Shown in pieces: positions 27,330-40,741 of a DNA stretch of 64,000 bases. Position numbers and translations under genes: made by a program. Position 1 is the stretch's first letter. Every line of letters starts with the position of its first letter. This DNA comes from Kudoa neothunni (lineage: Eukaryota; Animalia; Cnidaria): contig OZ199840.1 in assembly GCA_964304625.1 (NCBI GenBank), positions 531,284 to 595,283 of the forward strand. The letters run 5' to 3'. Below the pieces are notes generated by a model that had not been told where the DNA came from, ran no database searches, and worked only from the letters and a program-made list of their open reading frames with translations.

Positions 27330-28480
27330 TACTGTATGGATTTAATGTAAAAATCACTTGAGCGCCGCGCTTAATCTGAACTTTGAAAAAATAATGTATG
27401 AAGTGTCAATTTTCGCGAAACAAAACCACTTTACACTACCAACGAATTTGAAATTATAAGGTTTTGCGATTTCATATCATATAATAAAGATGCCAAGTTC
27501 CAAGCGATGGAAAAATATTTGCCAATAAAATAATAAAATAGCTCGATAATAAAAAGGTCTAAATGACCAGTTCCATTTTTGAGTCTTTTCTTGAAAAATA
27601 GAATAGGCAACTTATTATTCTTAAGCGAAAAATTTTATTATTTCTCGACTATTTCGTAAAGTACAACAAAATATTTATCGGATGTAACACTGCTACTTTT
27701 CTTCGAACACAACCAGTGTGCTACAGCCACTGGATCATGGAATTGTTAAAGTTTTAAAATGATGCATAGAAGAAATCTAATAACGTCATTCATATATCAG
27801 ATCGGATTTCAAAATATTGGCTACATTGTAACTAATGCCTTGGATATTATTCATTCGACAATCAAACTATGGGAATTCATTAAAACGGAAACCATAATTA
27901 ATTGGTTTAGGAAGTCATTGTTCCTCTCTGAAAATCCACCAAATGATGACTCCGACGATCGATTTAAACATAACATGACTGAACAGATTGAAGGAGAAAA
28001 ATCACTAGAATTAACAAATCCTATTGAAGAAACTCTTGAAAGCAACACAGTCGACATCTCTGATATTTTGACAACGCCATATTTTCCTGATTTTCCTGAT
28101 TTTGGCAGGATTGATGACCACTCCGATTATATTGATAAAGTTATTATATCAAACCAAGAGGAACTATATTAAATGACAAAATTTATAAAACTCTTTCTAA
28201 ATAAAATTTTGTCAATGCTTGACAATCTAAACCGAACTTGAAATGGCTGACTCAATATTTAAACATTTTTTTTCAGAATAAAAAATATAGAACGTTATCT
28301 TAATAAGAAAAAGTTTACGAGTTAATTTATGTTTCAAATTAATTTATTAATTATAAAATCGGTGGGAAACTGTTATTTTTGGCCGAAAGCACTCGCCATT
28401 CGAATGTGTCCAGCGCAAAAATGAATACAACGCAGTGGTTTTCATCTCCCCAATTTCTGCGTTACATCCATAAACTACTG
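27330..28480 (+). pseudogene. pogo/Tigger (DDE_1) transposase remnant
   Basis: NTTSVLQPLDHGIVK..MMHRRNL..ETIINWFRK motifs with frameshifts; terminal TACATCCATAAACTACTG|TA. Confidence 0.8.
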
Positions 28481-28841
28481 TATTTAACCTATTGAATAAG
28501 TTGAATCGCATTTTATTGAGTAAACTTACGGATCTTGTTAATTATTTTTGGATATTTAATGAGTTTCATTCATATTTATAGTAGTTAAGTCTATAAGAAT
28601 AGCAACTAGTAAAAAATTAGTATATTAATCAGTTATATTTAATATTAATGAATTTGTTACTAAATTTGAAGAATTTACAAAGAAATTTAATAAACAACTT
28701 TATAGAATAAAATTTTCATGATATAAACTTAGAATATTAGGAAGTTTTGATGAGTATCAGCTAAAAAGGACCAAAATATGTAATAAGGTGTTGGTATCGA
28801 GGCAGCCCCAATAACCCTGCAAGCAGCTCCGAATTGACAAT

Positions 28842-30144
28842 ACACCTGGCGTCTTTGAGGTCGAAAAAGACCCCGAGACAAAATTCCATAAAATCAACAA
28901 ATTTCAATCCCTATAATATTTTAATTAATCGTATAACATTTTTAATATTTATTAACGTTAATTTTATGTTAAAATATGCAAAACAATATGTTATATGACT
29001 AATTGTTCGATGATTTTTTCAATCCTTGCAGTGAACGTCGTTATTAATTTTCTTTAATGTAATATTCTTGTTAACAAATGTCATATGAAACGTAGAAAGT
29101 TATTAATGGTAGAGATTATAATAAAAATTATTTTTTTCCACTTTATAAGTAACATATGGAATTTTTATTTCTATATTTATTTTTGTTTATCGCTATTTTT
29201 GCGATTTTATAGAATAAAAACTTTTTTTTAAAGTGAAATTCTTCGAAAAATGGTCGTTATGTTTAACCACATCATCTATCTTTAGGAGAGTAATTTTTAA
29301 TATGTCGAAGAAAACAGAAAATAATCAATTAATGGATTTTTCTATCCAATGCTGTTAGCGCATCGTAGGCAAACTTTAATATGTGTGCTACAAGGCACAT
29401 ATGTTATCTTTTTATCTCCTTTCCGTCCATGCATCAAAATCGTCTAAGTAGAGGGAGTCTTTGATTTTTGTATATTCCTTCAGTGGTATAACTTATCTAA
29501 AAACCTCAGCAACGTTTATCAAGCATCCAAAAACTTCCTGGAGATTCAGTCTTCATTTTAAACATTGGCATATATATCAGTATGCTAAGTTACGCACGAA
29601 AATCATTCAAATCGGAATCTTCATGAGAAGATCATAGCGATAACGACCATATTTATTGGCCATGCGGATAATTGTAGATAACATATGACCAGTAAGGAAT
29701 AAGTTAAAATAATCTTGAACGGTTTTTATTGTTGACGAGTGTAGGCAGTTAAACACGGATATGGATCCAAAATGTTTTAATTTCGTACCTGTTTTTCTAG
29801 GAGAGATCTCGTTACATATGTTATTTTTGTGAGTTAGAAGGTTTGTTAATATAGTGCCAAACTCGTTAGATTCCGATGAAAATTGTTGATTCTAGATTAA
29901 TTATTCAATTTTACTTATGATGGAAGAGCTTTCAGTGTAATCATCTTAGCTAGCCATTATAATTCACAATTAAAAGTTGTCACAAGTTTTTCAACGTTTA
30001 CACACGCAAATTAGCGGAATTATGCCGTTATTTTTCCTTATAAAAATCTATACTCCAAATAAACTTATTTCTACAAATAAATTATTACATAATTTGTACG
30101 GAAAAACGTCTGGGGTCTTTTTCGACCACAAAGGTGCCAGGTGT
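28842..30144 (-). mobile_element. Deleted piggyBac-like element with transposase fragment
   Basis: ~37-bp TIRs ACACCTGGCGTCTTTGAGGTCGAAAAAGACCCC / GGGGTCTTTTTCGACCACAAAGGTGCCAGGTGT. Minus-strand remnant KIKDSLYLDDFDAWTERR*KDNICA resembles the piggyBac LRFDD..RIERR.TDKLAA segment. Confidence 0.75.
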
Positions 30145-30547
30145 AAGTATTTGAGAAATAACCTATTCCTTCTGTTAAATGAAAAAAAATTATTGTGCCT
30201 TCCAATACAATCTATTATTATAGAAGAATAGATAGGGTATCTAGAAAATTAGAGTAAGCTATGAGGGAGAAAATAACTGATTAAACCACCACTGGGGTCG
30301 AAAACGAAACGACCCCAAGACGCTCGGAGGGTTAAACCAAATAGTCTTAATAATTATGCGCATGTATGCACTCGTTGGGATTTGTTACGTTATTTATAAA
30401 TAATTTTAAGCTCTCCATCTATCAAAGTGAGCGAAATACAAGAGTAAAAATTTCACTATCTATTGAAGTTAAAATCAGCGCCATTTTTTCTGTTTGCACA
30501 TATCGTTACAAAGAGTCACTTTATCAATGAATAAGAAAGTTTATTTT

Positions 30548-32103
30548 TTATGGATTTTTGTATAAAATCTCATCTGATTTTAGTTGCATAGAAGTGTATC
30601 TTGCGAGAACAAATAAATAATCAGATAAACGGTTGAATATATGGTAGCTATGAGGATCTATTATTCCGTCCTTCATCAGGTCCACTAACCTAAATGCAGA
30701 CTTAATTATTTCATTTATAATTAAATCGAATAATAAAATAAAAAAGGTCTATATTTTCCCTTTAATTAAGTTTCCACATCAAAATTGCTTAATATTTGTA
30801 CAGATATTTACATTTTTATGTCGATATACGAATGGAATACGAAACTTATATCAAAATTAATTTCGAATAGAGAGGTTTGATTTAAGTTTAAAATTTAGCG
30901 ATTATTGAGTTGACTATAAATTTTGATTTCATTTTTTTAATTTCTTTAGACCATATTTTGAAATTCAATAGGTTCATTGATTCGAACGAAAGTCAGTATG
31001 AAACAATTATTTTAATGATAAAAAATGGGATTATTTAAAAATTACGTAAAATTAACCATTAATATACTGTTCTGGGGTCACATTCAAATGTTTACAACTT
31101 CCATTTTATCTTACTAATAATTAAAAGGCAATGATAAAATGTATTTTTATTTAATCATATTGTAAAATATACATTAACGGTGGGTCCCCTATTAAGTTTA
31201 ATAACCATAAGACTCAATAATAGAAGAAATATGACTTACGATCTTTCCGTGCGTCTACAGACACTTCTAGCTATGTGGATTTCACACACTTGTTTGGGAC
31301 CACCCTAAAAATGTTTATAATTAGTTCATAGTTACTGAATATTTTTAATTCAAAATAATTATACAGGAAGAATGAAGTTTGATAAAGGGGTTAATTGGGA
31401 TTGCATGTCATCAATAGACTGTTCCAATAAAGAAAGATGTTTTTGGTAGCGTGACACCGTTCCGATTTCGTCTACCATCGAAAAATCAACCTTCGCTTAA
31501 GCTTAATGAGTTAAATAAGATCAGAACCTATAAGTTTTTTCGATAATGATGAATTAGGAGCTGCAACGCTAGTGGCGATATCGTGAAGAAGACGCTGAGT
31601 CTAATGAGATAATCATCCAAAGTTTATTCTATTAATTTTAAATAAAAATATTTTAAATACTTCGATTAACGTCTGATGGTTGGTATGGAAAAAAGATAGT
31701 TTTGTAGCAGCATATAGTTCAATCAAGCTGGATCTTACGTTACTGGAAATAGTAATTTCAGTAAATTATCACTAACCACAAACGTACCCAAGATGTGAAG
31801 AGGTCTCGTCGATATTTCCTAGTGCTTCAAAGATAGGATCATTTTTTGGCCGGCTCTCACCTGTATACAACGAGGAATCCCCTGTAATCAATTGAGTTAC
31901 ACCTCAAATTGAATCTAACCTAGTTATACCTTGGTCACCTTTTTTTGTGTATATTTTTGGGGAATTTTTATTACAAATCCTTAAATATTATCACTCATAC
32001 CGACTCACTTCCAATCTAGAACTACATACGTTCGATACACTTGATAATATATTATGTTGCGAGCTTGTATGTATTTGACGACATTCCTTGTGTTGGAAAA
32101 CAT
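30548..32103 (-). CDS. MMAB: Mitochondrial cob(I)alamin adenosyltransferase (cblB, PduO-type)
   Basis: Presequence [16 protein letters not shown].., [78 protein letters not shown], last exon [14 protein letters not shown] (30548-30688). One homopolymer indel near 31483. Confidence 0.95.
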
Positions 32104-34030
32104 GAATACTCTAAACGTTCCCATGGATTACCTGTTCATATCTTATCCTATTAATTGTCTTGGAATTATCTTTAAATTAATGCTTCACTCATGTCTCTCG
32201 AGATGTCGAATATATCCCCTGAAGCTACGTACTCATCCTCACAAATTTAAAAATAATTAACTCCACAGAAAATACTAAATAAAGGAAAATTTTTAAATAT
32301 AAGCAATTGTCTGTAACTAGTTAGGATCTCCCAGGAGATTAACTCACGAAATAATGTACTAATACTTCGAGCCAAAGGTGTACAATTTACGGCGAACACC
32401 AAAATATATTATTCAAGCCGAAATTTTCAATGAAAATAACGAATATTATAGTACTCAACCTTTCAGTTAATTACCTCATCGGTTATTCATATTCGGAATT
32501 TGACAATAATATTGCTATGCAGATGCCGGGGAAAATTAATTTCTGAAAAATTACTTAAATATATATCTTAATAACAATTGACTAATTGATTGCAATAATG
32601 GATTTTAACATACAACTAATTAATATTACGTAATCGTTTTTGAAAAATGCACAAATTTTAGTCTTTTTGATCATCCGATAATCAAGGAATAATTATAATT
32701 CGTTATTTTATTTCTCTAGCAGTTTCTCGATAATAATTTAAATCTTACATGTCCTTAATGAAACGTCTAATAAACTCATGTGGTTTATGTGATCCCATTT
32801 GATTAGCTTAAAGCCAGGTTGGACGACTATCAAAGTTTGTCTTCTCTTTTGAAATCTCATTATATACTTCTCAATTTTGTGTAATATTATTTTAAAAATA
32901 ATATTGGAGGCAACTTTTCGAAATATTAATATTATACATAATTTTTTCGACGATTTAAAACAAACTATGATTCCTCATAACATACTGGGAATTGTATATT
33001 AGATATTTTTAGAAAAAAATCGATGGATCCCGACTTATTGACTTATTGTAAAGAACCAACAATAAAAATGATGCTAGAGTAAAATACATGAATTATATTT
33101 TTTTGGATGAGATAAATTAAAATTATTTGATTCGTTTTTTCGATTTCAGATAGTCTAATTTTATTTGAGGATTTAATATATTATGCACTTTTTAATATTA
33201 TTACATAAAATAATAAAGTGAAAAATTATAAAAAATGTATATCTTTTTTTTCCAATTGGATCCATAGAAATATTAGCGATAAATTGTTCATCGATGATAA
33301 TACACTAAAAGTACCTATGAATAAATGAATAATGCGTATTGTAAAATAAGATATGAATAATATATATGATTTTTATAAGACGTCAAATAAGAGAGAAATA
33401 ACCCAAAAAATTATAATTAGGAATCGTGGTTTTCGATTAAAATTGATTTTATTGGTCAAATTTTTAAAAAAGTTTTGACGTTTATTTCCCGTGAAAGTCC
33501 GAAATCTTCCGAATAACTTGAAATAGATAGTAACCGGAGAGAAATGGATTGTTTTCTGTTGAATAGATCGACATAGTGAAGGTGGAAAATGAATTAGTCT
33601 CTAAATATTGCAAAGTGAAATTAATTCTACAAAAAATAGAATTTACAAATAGACATACTTCAATAAACAAGCGTTGCTAGACACTTCTTTTCCAGTTATT
33701 TTTTTAGAGACCGAAAAAATGACCATATGGAGAAAACATTGGTTTTCTGTTATTATCCACGACGTTGTTTCGTTATCGCTATTTAACAAGATAAGTTTTT
33801 GTGGGGATCTGGTTCCAATTTGTTTTTAATTTAACCCTCTAAAAACATTGGGGTCAATATAACCTCAGAGTTTTATTTGATAAAATAGATTAATAAATCT
33901 TTATAATCACAATGGTGAAGTATTAAAAAGTCCTAAAGATGGAATTTCGAGTAAAACGAAACTAAGATATTATTTTAAGTAATCAGAAAAATTTTTTGCA
34001 TCATCAATAATTGACTCTTTCGGTCATATC

Positions 34031-34045
34031 GGTTGCCGACCCCTG
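34031..34045. mobile_element. Solo hAT terminal inverted repeat
   Basis: GGTTGCCGACCCCTG, the reverse complement of the typical hAT end CAGGGGTCGGCAACC. Confidence 0.5.
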
Positions 34046-35374
34046 CCCTGTGCATATTTGATTTGTTAGAGACTGTTGTATTTAATAATTTATTGCTATT
34101 AAAAGCTAAACTGTGGATCAAAAATAATTAAATATAATCAAAACTAAATAATATTTAGTATGAAAATGACCACATTCAATTGTTTATAGAGAGTGGTTAT
34201 TGACACGGAGCATATATCCATATATATATATATATATATATGGATATATAGTTTGGACTGTATATAATTATTGTTTGTCCGCAGTTTCGCTCTTAATAGG
34301 AATAAATAATTCAATGCAGCCGATTCTGAAAAAAAACTTTAAAGTCCAACAATAAATAAAAGTTTCCCATTAAAATTACAATTAGTTCGGGTATCAATCC
34401 TCCATTTTTAAATTTAATTAGTGTAATATTTGTTGAATATTAAATGATAGGAATGACTTGCTTTCGTGCAAAAAATTATTTTTTTAATTAAATTTATACA
34501 ATTAACCAACTAATGCAGGTATAAAATATTAAAAAAATTGTTTGCCGACATGAAATTAATAATAGGCGATTGCTAAGGATGAAATATGACAATCGATGAG
34601 AATCATAGTTGTCCCACTCATATTTTATGCTACAAAAAGCGTGTCTTACTCGATCAATTTTATGGTATGGCCTGTTGAAATAACCACTAGAGGCTGTCAA
34701 TTATTTCAGTAATAGATTACAACAATTTTTTTTAATATCAAATAAAGTTCCGAAATAAACCTACTGATTGCGAAAAACCGATAAATACAACAAATAAGAA
34801 TAAAAACAATCAACAGGGTCAGTTTGTATCAGACGTTGATTCGGATTACGGCCATTATTCTAGAGTTTAACCGATTTCAATTTTAAAATTTTTAGGATTC
34901 ACTTAATAACAAAAATAATGGCGGGAAAATCCGAATTTAAAATTTTTCCCCACCAGAATAAATTTCTGGGGATTTTGCTAGCGAGTAGTAGTAATTCTTA
35001 ACTTCGAAAAATGAGATAACTTCAAAATTCAAGATATAATTAAATTTGGTAAATATTTAATAAGTGAACTAAAGTAAAGATAGGTATTTAATAACTATCT
35101 AAATTGTCCGATTTCATAATATTTCATAATACCAATTAAAATCTTACTCTTATTCGCGGGCACACAATATAAACAAGAAAGTCATAAATCAAATTTGATC
35201 TAATTCCTTTTGCAATTAACTGACAAATAAACTTTAATATTAAAAAGTTAAATCAAAAGCAAATAAAAACATTATATTGGTAAAGCAAGGCTGAGGAACA
35301 ACAAATTTTAAACAAAATCAATATTACAATCTATAAGACGTGTGTTTCCATTACAGGAATTCACGTTAACATCC

Positions 35375-37247
35375 TTAGGAATTGTAGCCGTACAATGATG
35401 CGATCGAGGTACCAAAGTCAGCTACAATAAATCCTAATTCATTATCACCGTGAGAAGGAGATGTTTGAATAGCCCAATTGAGGATAAGTTCTTTGTAACC
35501 CTACCAACAAAGTGTTATTCAATTATTCCTCGAAAAAAATATGAAAATAAATAGGTTAATAAAAAATCTAGTTCATTACAGCCCCTGGGTCACACTTTGA
35601 CGGATCTTTTGGGTTGATAATTTTTTGATCAACAATCACACTGAACCGAATAAGAATGAGGGATGAGCTGGATTTTTCAACTTTTTTCATCGTGACAATC
35701 TAAATTATCACGTATGTTAGCACGCTTGCATTAAAAGTAGGCCCAACCACATACATCTGTATCATAGATATCCAGAATCACCGGTAAAACTTTACAGTTA
35801 TCAAAAAAATCTTTCGATGAAATAACCAGTTGATAACATTCGGGAGTGGTCCATTTTTTTACCAATTCCATGTCACGTTGAGTAACTATAGCCTAGAATA
35901 ACCGAAAAAATTTAAAAATAAAACAACCTAAAATCTTAGTTGTAGAAAATTACATCAATCAACCCGGGTATAACGGTATTTTCCCAGTTGTACAGGAATA
36001 ACTCTTTGTTGAAATTAGGATTGAAAAGATAGATACTTTTATAGGTATCAGTGGAATCTTTGTTAACGAAACAATTCTCTATTGAATATTGTTTAACTTG
36101 TAATTAATTGCATGATAAAGCGCGTTTAAACGTACGTAAAAATTGAGTGGTTGAATTGACCGAGTCGGCGACTACGCAATAAAGTGAATTGTCAGAATTC
36201 CGAAGGAAAAATTTAATACGATTAACCCCTGTAGAACAAATGAGAATCACATCCAACCACATCCAAAATTACAGCTGATATTTAACAAATAATCATTGAT
36301 CAAATAGTCTATGCCCCTTCGATGTTTGTGTACAATAGAAGTTCGTTCATCCCTATAGATTTTAAAATTTGGTTGTTTTCGCCGCTACACATGTTAACCA
36401 TTCAATAATAATTATACGGTATAACTATTTTGTGTTCAATTTCTTCGGTGAATAGTCGTAATTTTTCAGAACCTAAAAAATCATCAGAATGCATATACAC
36501 GATAAAATCTCAATTAGGTTGAACACTCACATCCAGCTGTGTAGGCAGAAGGCGCATTGCGAAGAAAAAATCCAGCAGCCTCCTCATAAAACCTATCACC
36601 AGCCTTGTAGATTTTACTGTCAGGGCTGATCGACGGTAATTTAGTTCTAACGTTCTGATCATAAACTTTATTGATTCTATCAAACGATTCTCCCACAAAT
36701 TTATATTTTGATTTCAAATTATCCATATGATCATTGCATTTGGTTATCTTTAACATTAATTGTAATCAACATAGTTGGTTATATACACTCAAAAAATTGA
36801 TTACATATTTGTTGGTGATTGAGTATAATTTGGAGGCGGATTTGGTCGACTCATCAACATACCTATTCTTTATAGTTTATAGAAGGTGTGAACATACAGA
36901 AAATTCAATTTCACCAGCGTATTGGAAAATAAACGTAAATTCTTTTTTAAGTTTTTAAATTGAGAACTTTTGTGGATATTCTGGAAATTTTTCTAACTCA
37001 AATCAACACATAAAAACACTAGAATAGTGTAAATCAATTCACATCTTCTTTTGCAGTTTCTTCATCGACGCGGCGTTTAAAATTAGTAAAAAAATCGTCG
37101 TTGGATGTATTTGTGTTGGATAAATTCCTGCTCTATAATGAAGGTTGATGTTATTAGTTGCAGAAACCATTATATTGGATTTTTTACTCTCCTTAAACGG
37201 TTTCTCAAAACAGTCGACCTACAAACTCCAAACGAGGCCCTAAACAT
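35375..37247 (-). CDS. TIMM44: Mitochondrial import inner membrane translocase subunit TIM44
   Basis: Arg-rich presequence MFRASFGVCRSTVLRNRLR; DFFTNFKRRVDEE; Tim44 domain FNPNFNKELFLYNWENTVIPGLID-AIVTQRDMELVKKWTTPECY..VILDIYDTD-IVTMKK..LILIRF..ELILNWAI; many short introns. Confidence 0.85.
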
Positions 37248-37678
37248 CTTTCGCAAGAATTACTCGATGCGCATGTGTACGCCAGAAGCGTGACCTTAAT
37301 CCTATTAATCGAATAACCTTTAAAAATGAAAATAATTATTATAATAATGAATAGTTTGATTCAATTAAAATAATAATTAGATGAAGAAGTTTAAATAATT
37401 TATCTCAACATTCAAATTGTTAATTTATTGTTTTGGATATGCGTTACGTAATCATATTTGAAAATTTTTAAGATTCGCGAACAACCGGCCACACATCTGA
37501 TTCCTTATTTTGAGGTATTACAAATGTATTTGTTAAATTTTTAAATTAGAATACTAAAACCTCGTACTAAGCGAAAACGAATTTTAAAAATCTTATGCTG
37601 ATTTAACTGCATTCTTTAACTTGAAAAGTCGGGACACATAATCCTATTCACATTAACGGAGGAATTAATGATAATTAA

Positions 37679-38809
37679 CCCTGTGACGATCATGAAAACC
37701 ACTTACCCCAGCGATCCAGTGATCCAGTGATCCAACGATCCAACGATCATTTGGGGTCGAATCGACCCCACATTTTTATTTTCGTTTTCTTTATTAAAAA
37801 TTATTTTGTTTCGGTCTACAAAATATGTAAGAAATCTATCGAGGAAGTTTTGAATAAATTAAAGATTACTAACCAATTAATCTTCGATAATCCGTTAATG
37901 CATGGATTCAGACAACTTCGCGACCATATCGTTAATATTACATAGTATTTCATACTGGGGAAACGGCGGCTACATTGTGAAACGAGATTCATCTACACAA
38001 ACTAATTTAATGCTGCTAGTTATTACAATTTTAACGAAATTTTACTAACATAAAAAGTAGCTTTATGACATTGTGCATTTAAAATAATAACACTAACTGT
38101 GTTATACATAATTTCTCTTGGATCAATTTTTTTAATTTTTTAAATTGTTGATCACCGAATGCAACATCTAGCTGAATTGTCACCGCAAAAATAAAAACAA
38201 TCAAACACTTATTTTACTCTCAACGTCATGTATATTGTTGAGCGTGGAGGAGAGTTCAAAAAATATTTTCAGCGCTTGTTCCTGATGTGGATCTTTTTTT
38301 AAGATTCTAAACTAACCCACATTCGCTAATAAATGAATTAGCATATATGTCAAAATCGTCGTCATCAGTTTCTTGAGAGATCCTCAATTATAATATCCTC
38401 ATATTCACTACCAGAGGATTAATCGTTATGGAATAAGAAATTTAATTCGGAATCCACAGATATTATCCGAATGCTAAATTAGTATTGAAGCAAAAAAATT
38501 ATTTCATATTATCTAGTGCTATCGATCGCCGAAACTATGCACAAGCAATGTTCGATTAGGTTGCGTATGATTATTTCAAGGATTAATTTTGATTTTCCTT
38601 AGAATTCTGTCGGTAAATTTTTTTAATATCTCACTTAACAAATTTAATGAAATTTAGGTACAGAATGATGGAATAAAAAGATGAGGTCGAATGCGCCCCA
38701 ATCATATAGAAGAATATATTTATAAGGAATAGCTTGAATTCTAGAATATTGGAACTAAGGGAGAAAAAGTTATACGTTATTCAGTTATACTATCAGTATC
38801 GTGAGAGGG
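37679..38809. mobile_element. Non-autonomous piggyBac-like element
   Basis: TTAA|CCCTGTGACGAT ... ATCGTGAGAGGG|TTAA; subterminal palindrome GGGGTCGAATCGACCCC; 8-bp tandem GATCCAGT/GATCCAAC at ~37713-37750. Confidence 0.85.
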
Positions 38810-38817
38810 TTAAAATA

Positions 38818-39613
38818 GGCACCGGCTATTGCAGCGGATGGATATATCTACTAAAATAACACTTATACAAAACTTCTAATTTCAAAAATGCATATAACAA
38901 TAAATGAACTATTATTATATAATTTTTTAAAAGAGAATGAGTTAATAGACTATAGTGTTATGCATTTCATAGGCGCTTTGAATAAGGTTTTAATTTTTCT
39001 TTTGGGATTTCTTGTAATTGTAGTGCATTGTGACTAGATTTAGCATTTTTATTAGATGAAAATTTATCCTGTATAAATATAAATATATATATATATATAT
39101 ATTCGCTGGCAAGAAATATCTTTATTAAAGTAAATGAAATAATAATGTTTCACATGATCGACATTAATGCTAAAAGTATAAATGGTGGTCTTCATCGATA
39201 AAACCCATAATAAAAATCATAACAACCAAATTAATATAAAATTAAATATTTAAATGGAAATTAAATCGTTAAGTAATTTGTTTCAATTATTGCTGCAAAC
39301 AAACCACATTAACACAAGCTCACATATTCTTAATTAACGTAGGGGGTATATCGATACTTTTTGTTAAATAAAATCAACACAACAAGATTTGAAAATCACT
39401 TACACATTAACTTCAATATGAATTTATTGAAGAAAAATAATAAAAAATGTTCGTATATTTGGCCGATTTAGAGGTAAAAAGTAAATTAACTTATTTTCTT
39501 CTGAAAACTCATATGGTAATAGTTAATTAATGGTTATATGCGATGTTTACACTAAAAATTTAATGTAAACGTTATTTTAGGAGATATACCCTTCCGTTGC
39601 AATAGCCACTGCC
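38818..39613. mobile_element. GGCAGTGGCTATTGCAAC-TIR family element
   Basis: GGCACCGGCTATTGCAGCGGATGGATATATCT ... AGATATACCCTTCCGTTGCAATAGCCACTGCC. Confidence 0.85.
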
Positions 39614-40741
39614 AGCCACGGCTTCAAAAAATCGAAAGTCGAGGGATTATCGTCTGGTTAGAAGAGATTAAGATTGTGCGATTCGTTCTATTCACCGTGG
39701 ATTTTTGTAATCAATCTTAGGCAAAAATTTTTTATCAAAATTCAGAATTGCATTATTTTTTGGAGTAAACCATATTATTTTTTTTAAATATATCGGCTAA
39801 ACTACAGTACTATAGTATCTCTGTACGAACTTCGGGCGATGTCGTATACAAAATCGGAAATTAAGTCGTATCCTACAATTCGTCCTGTTAATTCATTTTT
39901 TTTCAAAAGTTTTTTCATTTTTATCATAAAAAATTACATTAAGTAGTTAAATTCAGCTGAAAAAAATTAACCTATAAACTGGAAATAAATCTGAAGTCGA
40001 ATACATTCGGATTCACGTGGAATCTCTAGGTTGTTGATAAATACATCAAAAAAATTATTATTTCTCTACAATTATAACAAATTCAAAGTCGTTAATTGTT
40101 AACTGAATTTTTTATTCGTATCTGTTGGTAATAAGTTTATATATGTTCAATTTTGCCACTTTGTATTTTAAAAACGGAATTTTCTTATTTATTCTATTCA
40201 AACCTAGAATAAAGATGATTCAATTTAACTATTGCATTCCTTAATTTGGTTTTTAGTTTATAAATTTTTTTCAGTTATTTTATTAAGTTATATTTTTATT
40301 CATTAAATAACTAAAAACAAAAATATTAAATAATTATTTTTAATTAAAATCAACTTTTAAGTAAAATAATCGTCACAAATCAAAAAATACAATTTTTAAG
40401 CATTTGTATTAAATCACTTATGGATATGGGCAAATCAAATATTTAAGCTTTTGGCTAATATTTAATAAGCAAGTGATTCCACTTAATGGAATAAAAATGA
40501 ATTGAGCTATTATAAATTTATTATAGGCTTAAAAGATAATCTTTAAACTGTGATAAAGACCAAATTATTTAATTCAGTAGGAGTGCTAATAATAATTTGC
40601 CAAAGAACACACGATTCAAATCAAAGTTCAGCCATTTTTGACGTGATAATTATATTGGTTGTTCAAAAAATAATATTCTCCATCTTGCGGTGGCATCTGC
40701 AGATATAGTTATATAATTTCACCAGTAATTCATACATTAGG

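Noticed and set aside
32170-32545. Possible small gene or MMADHC-like exons upstream of MMAB
   Set aside because: No consistent open exon chain could be built; similarity too weak; may be 5'UTR.
37710-37770. Short repeat array resembling CRISPR
   Set aside because: 8-bp tandem units without spacers, inside a piggyBac-like end in a eukaryote.
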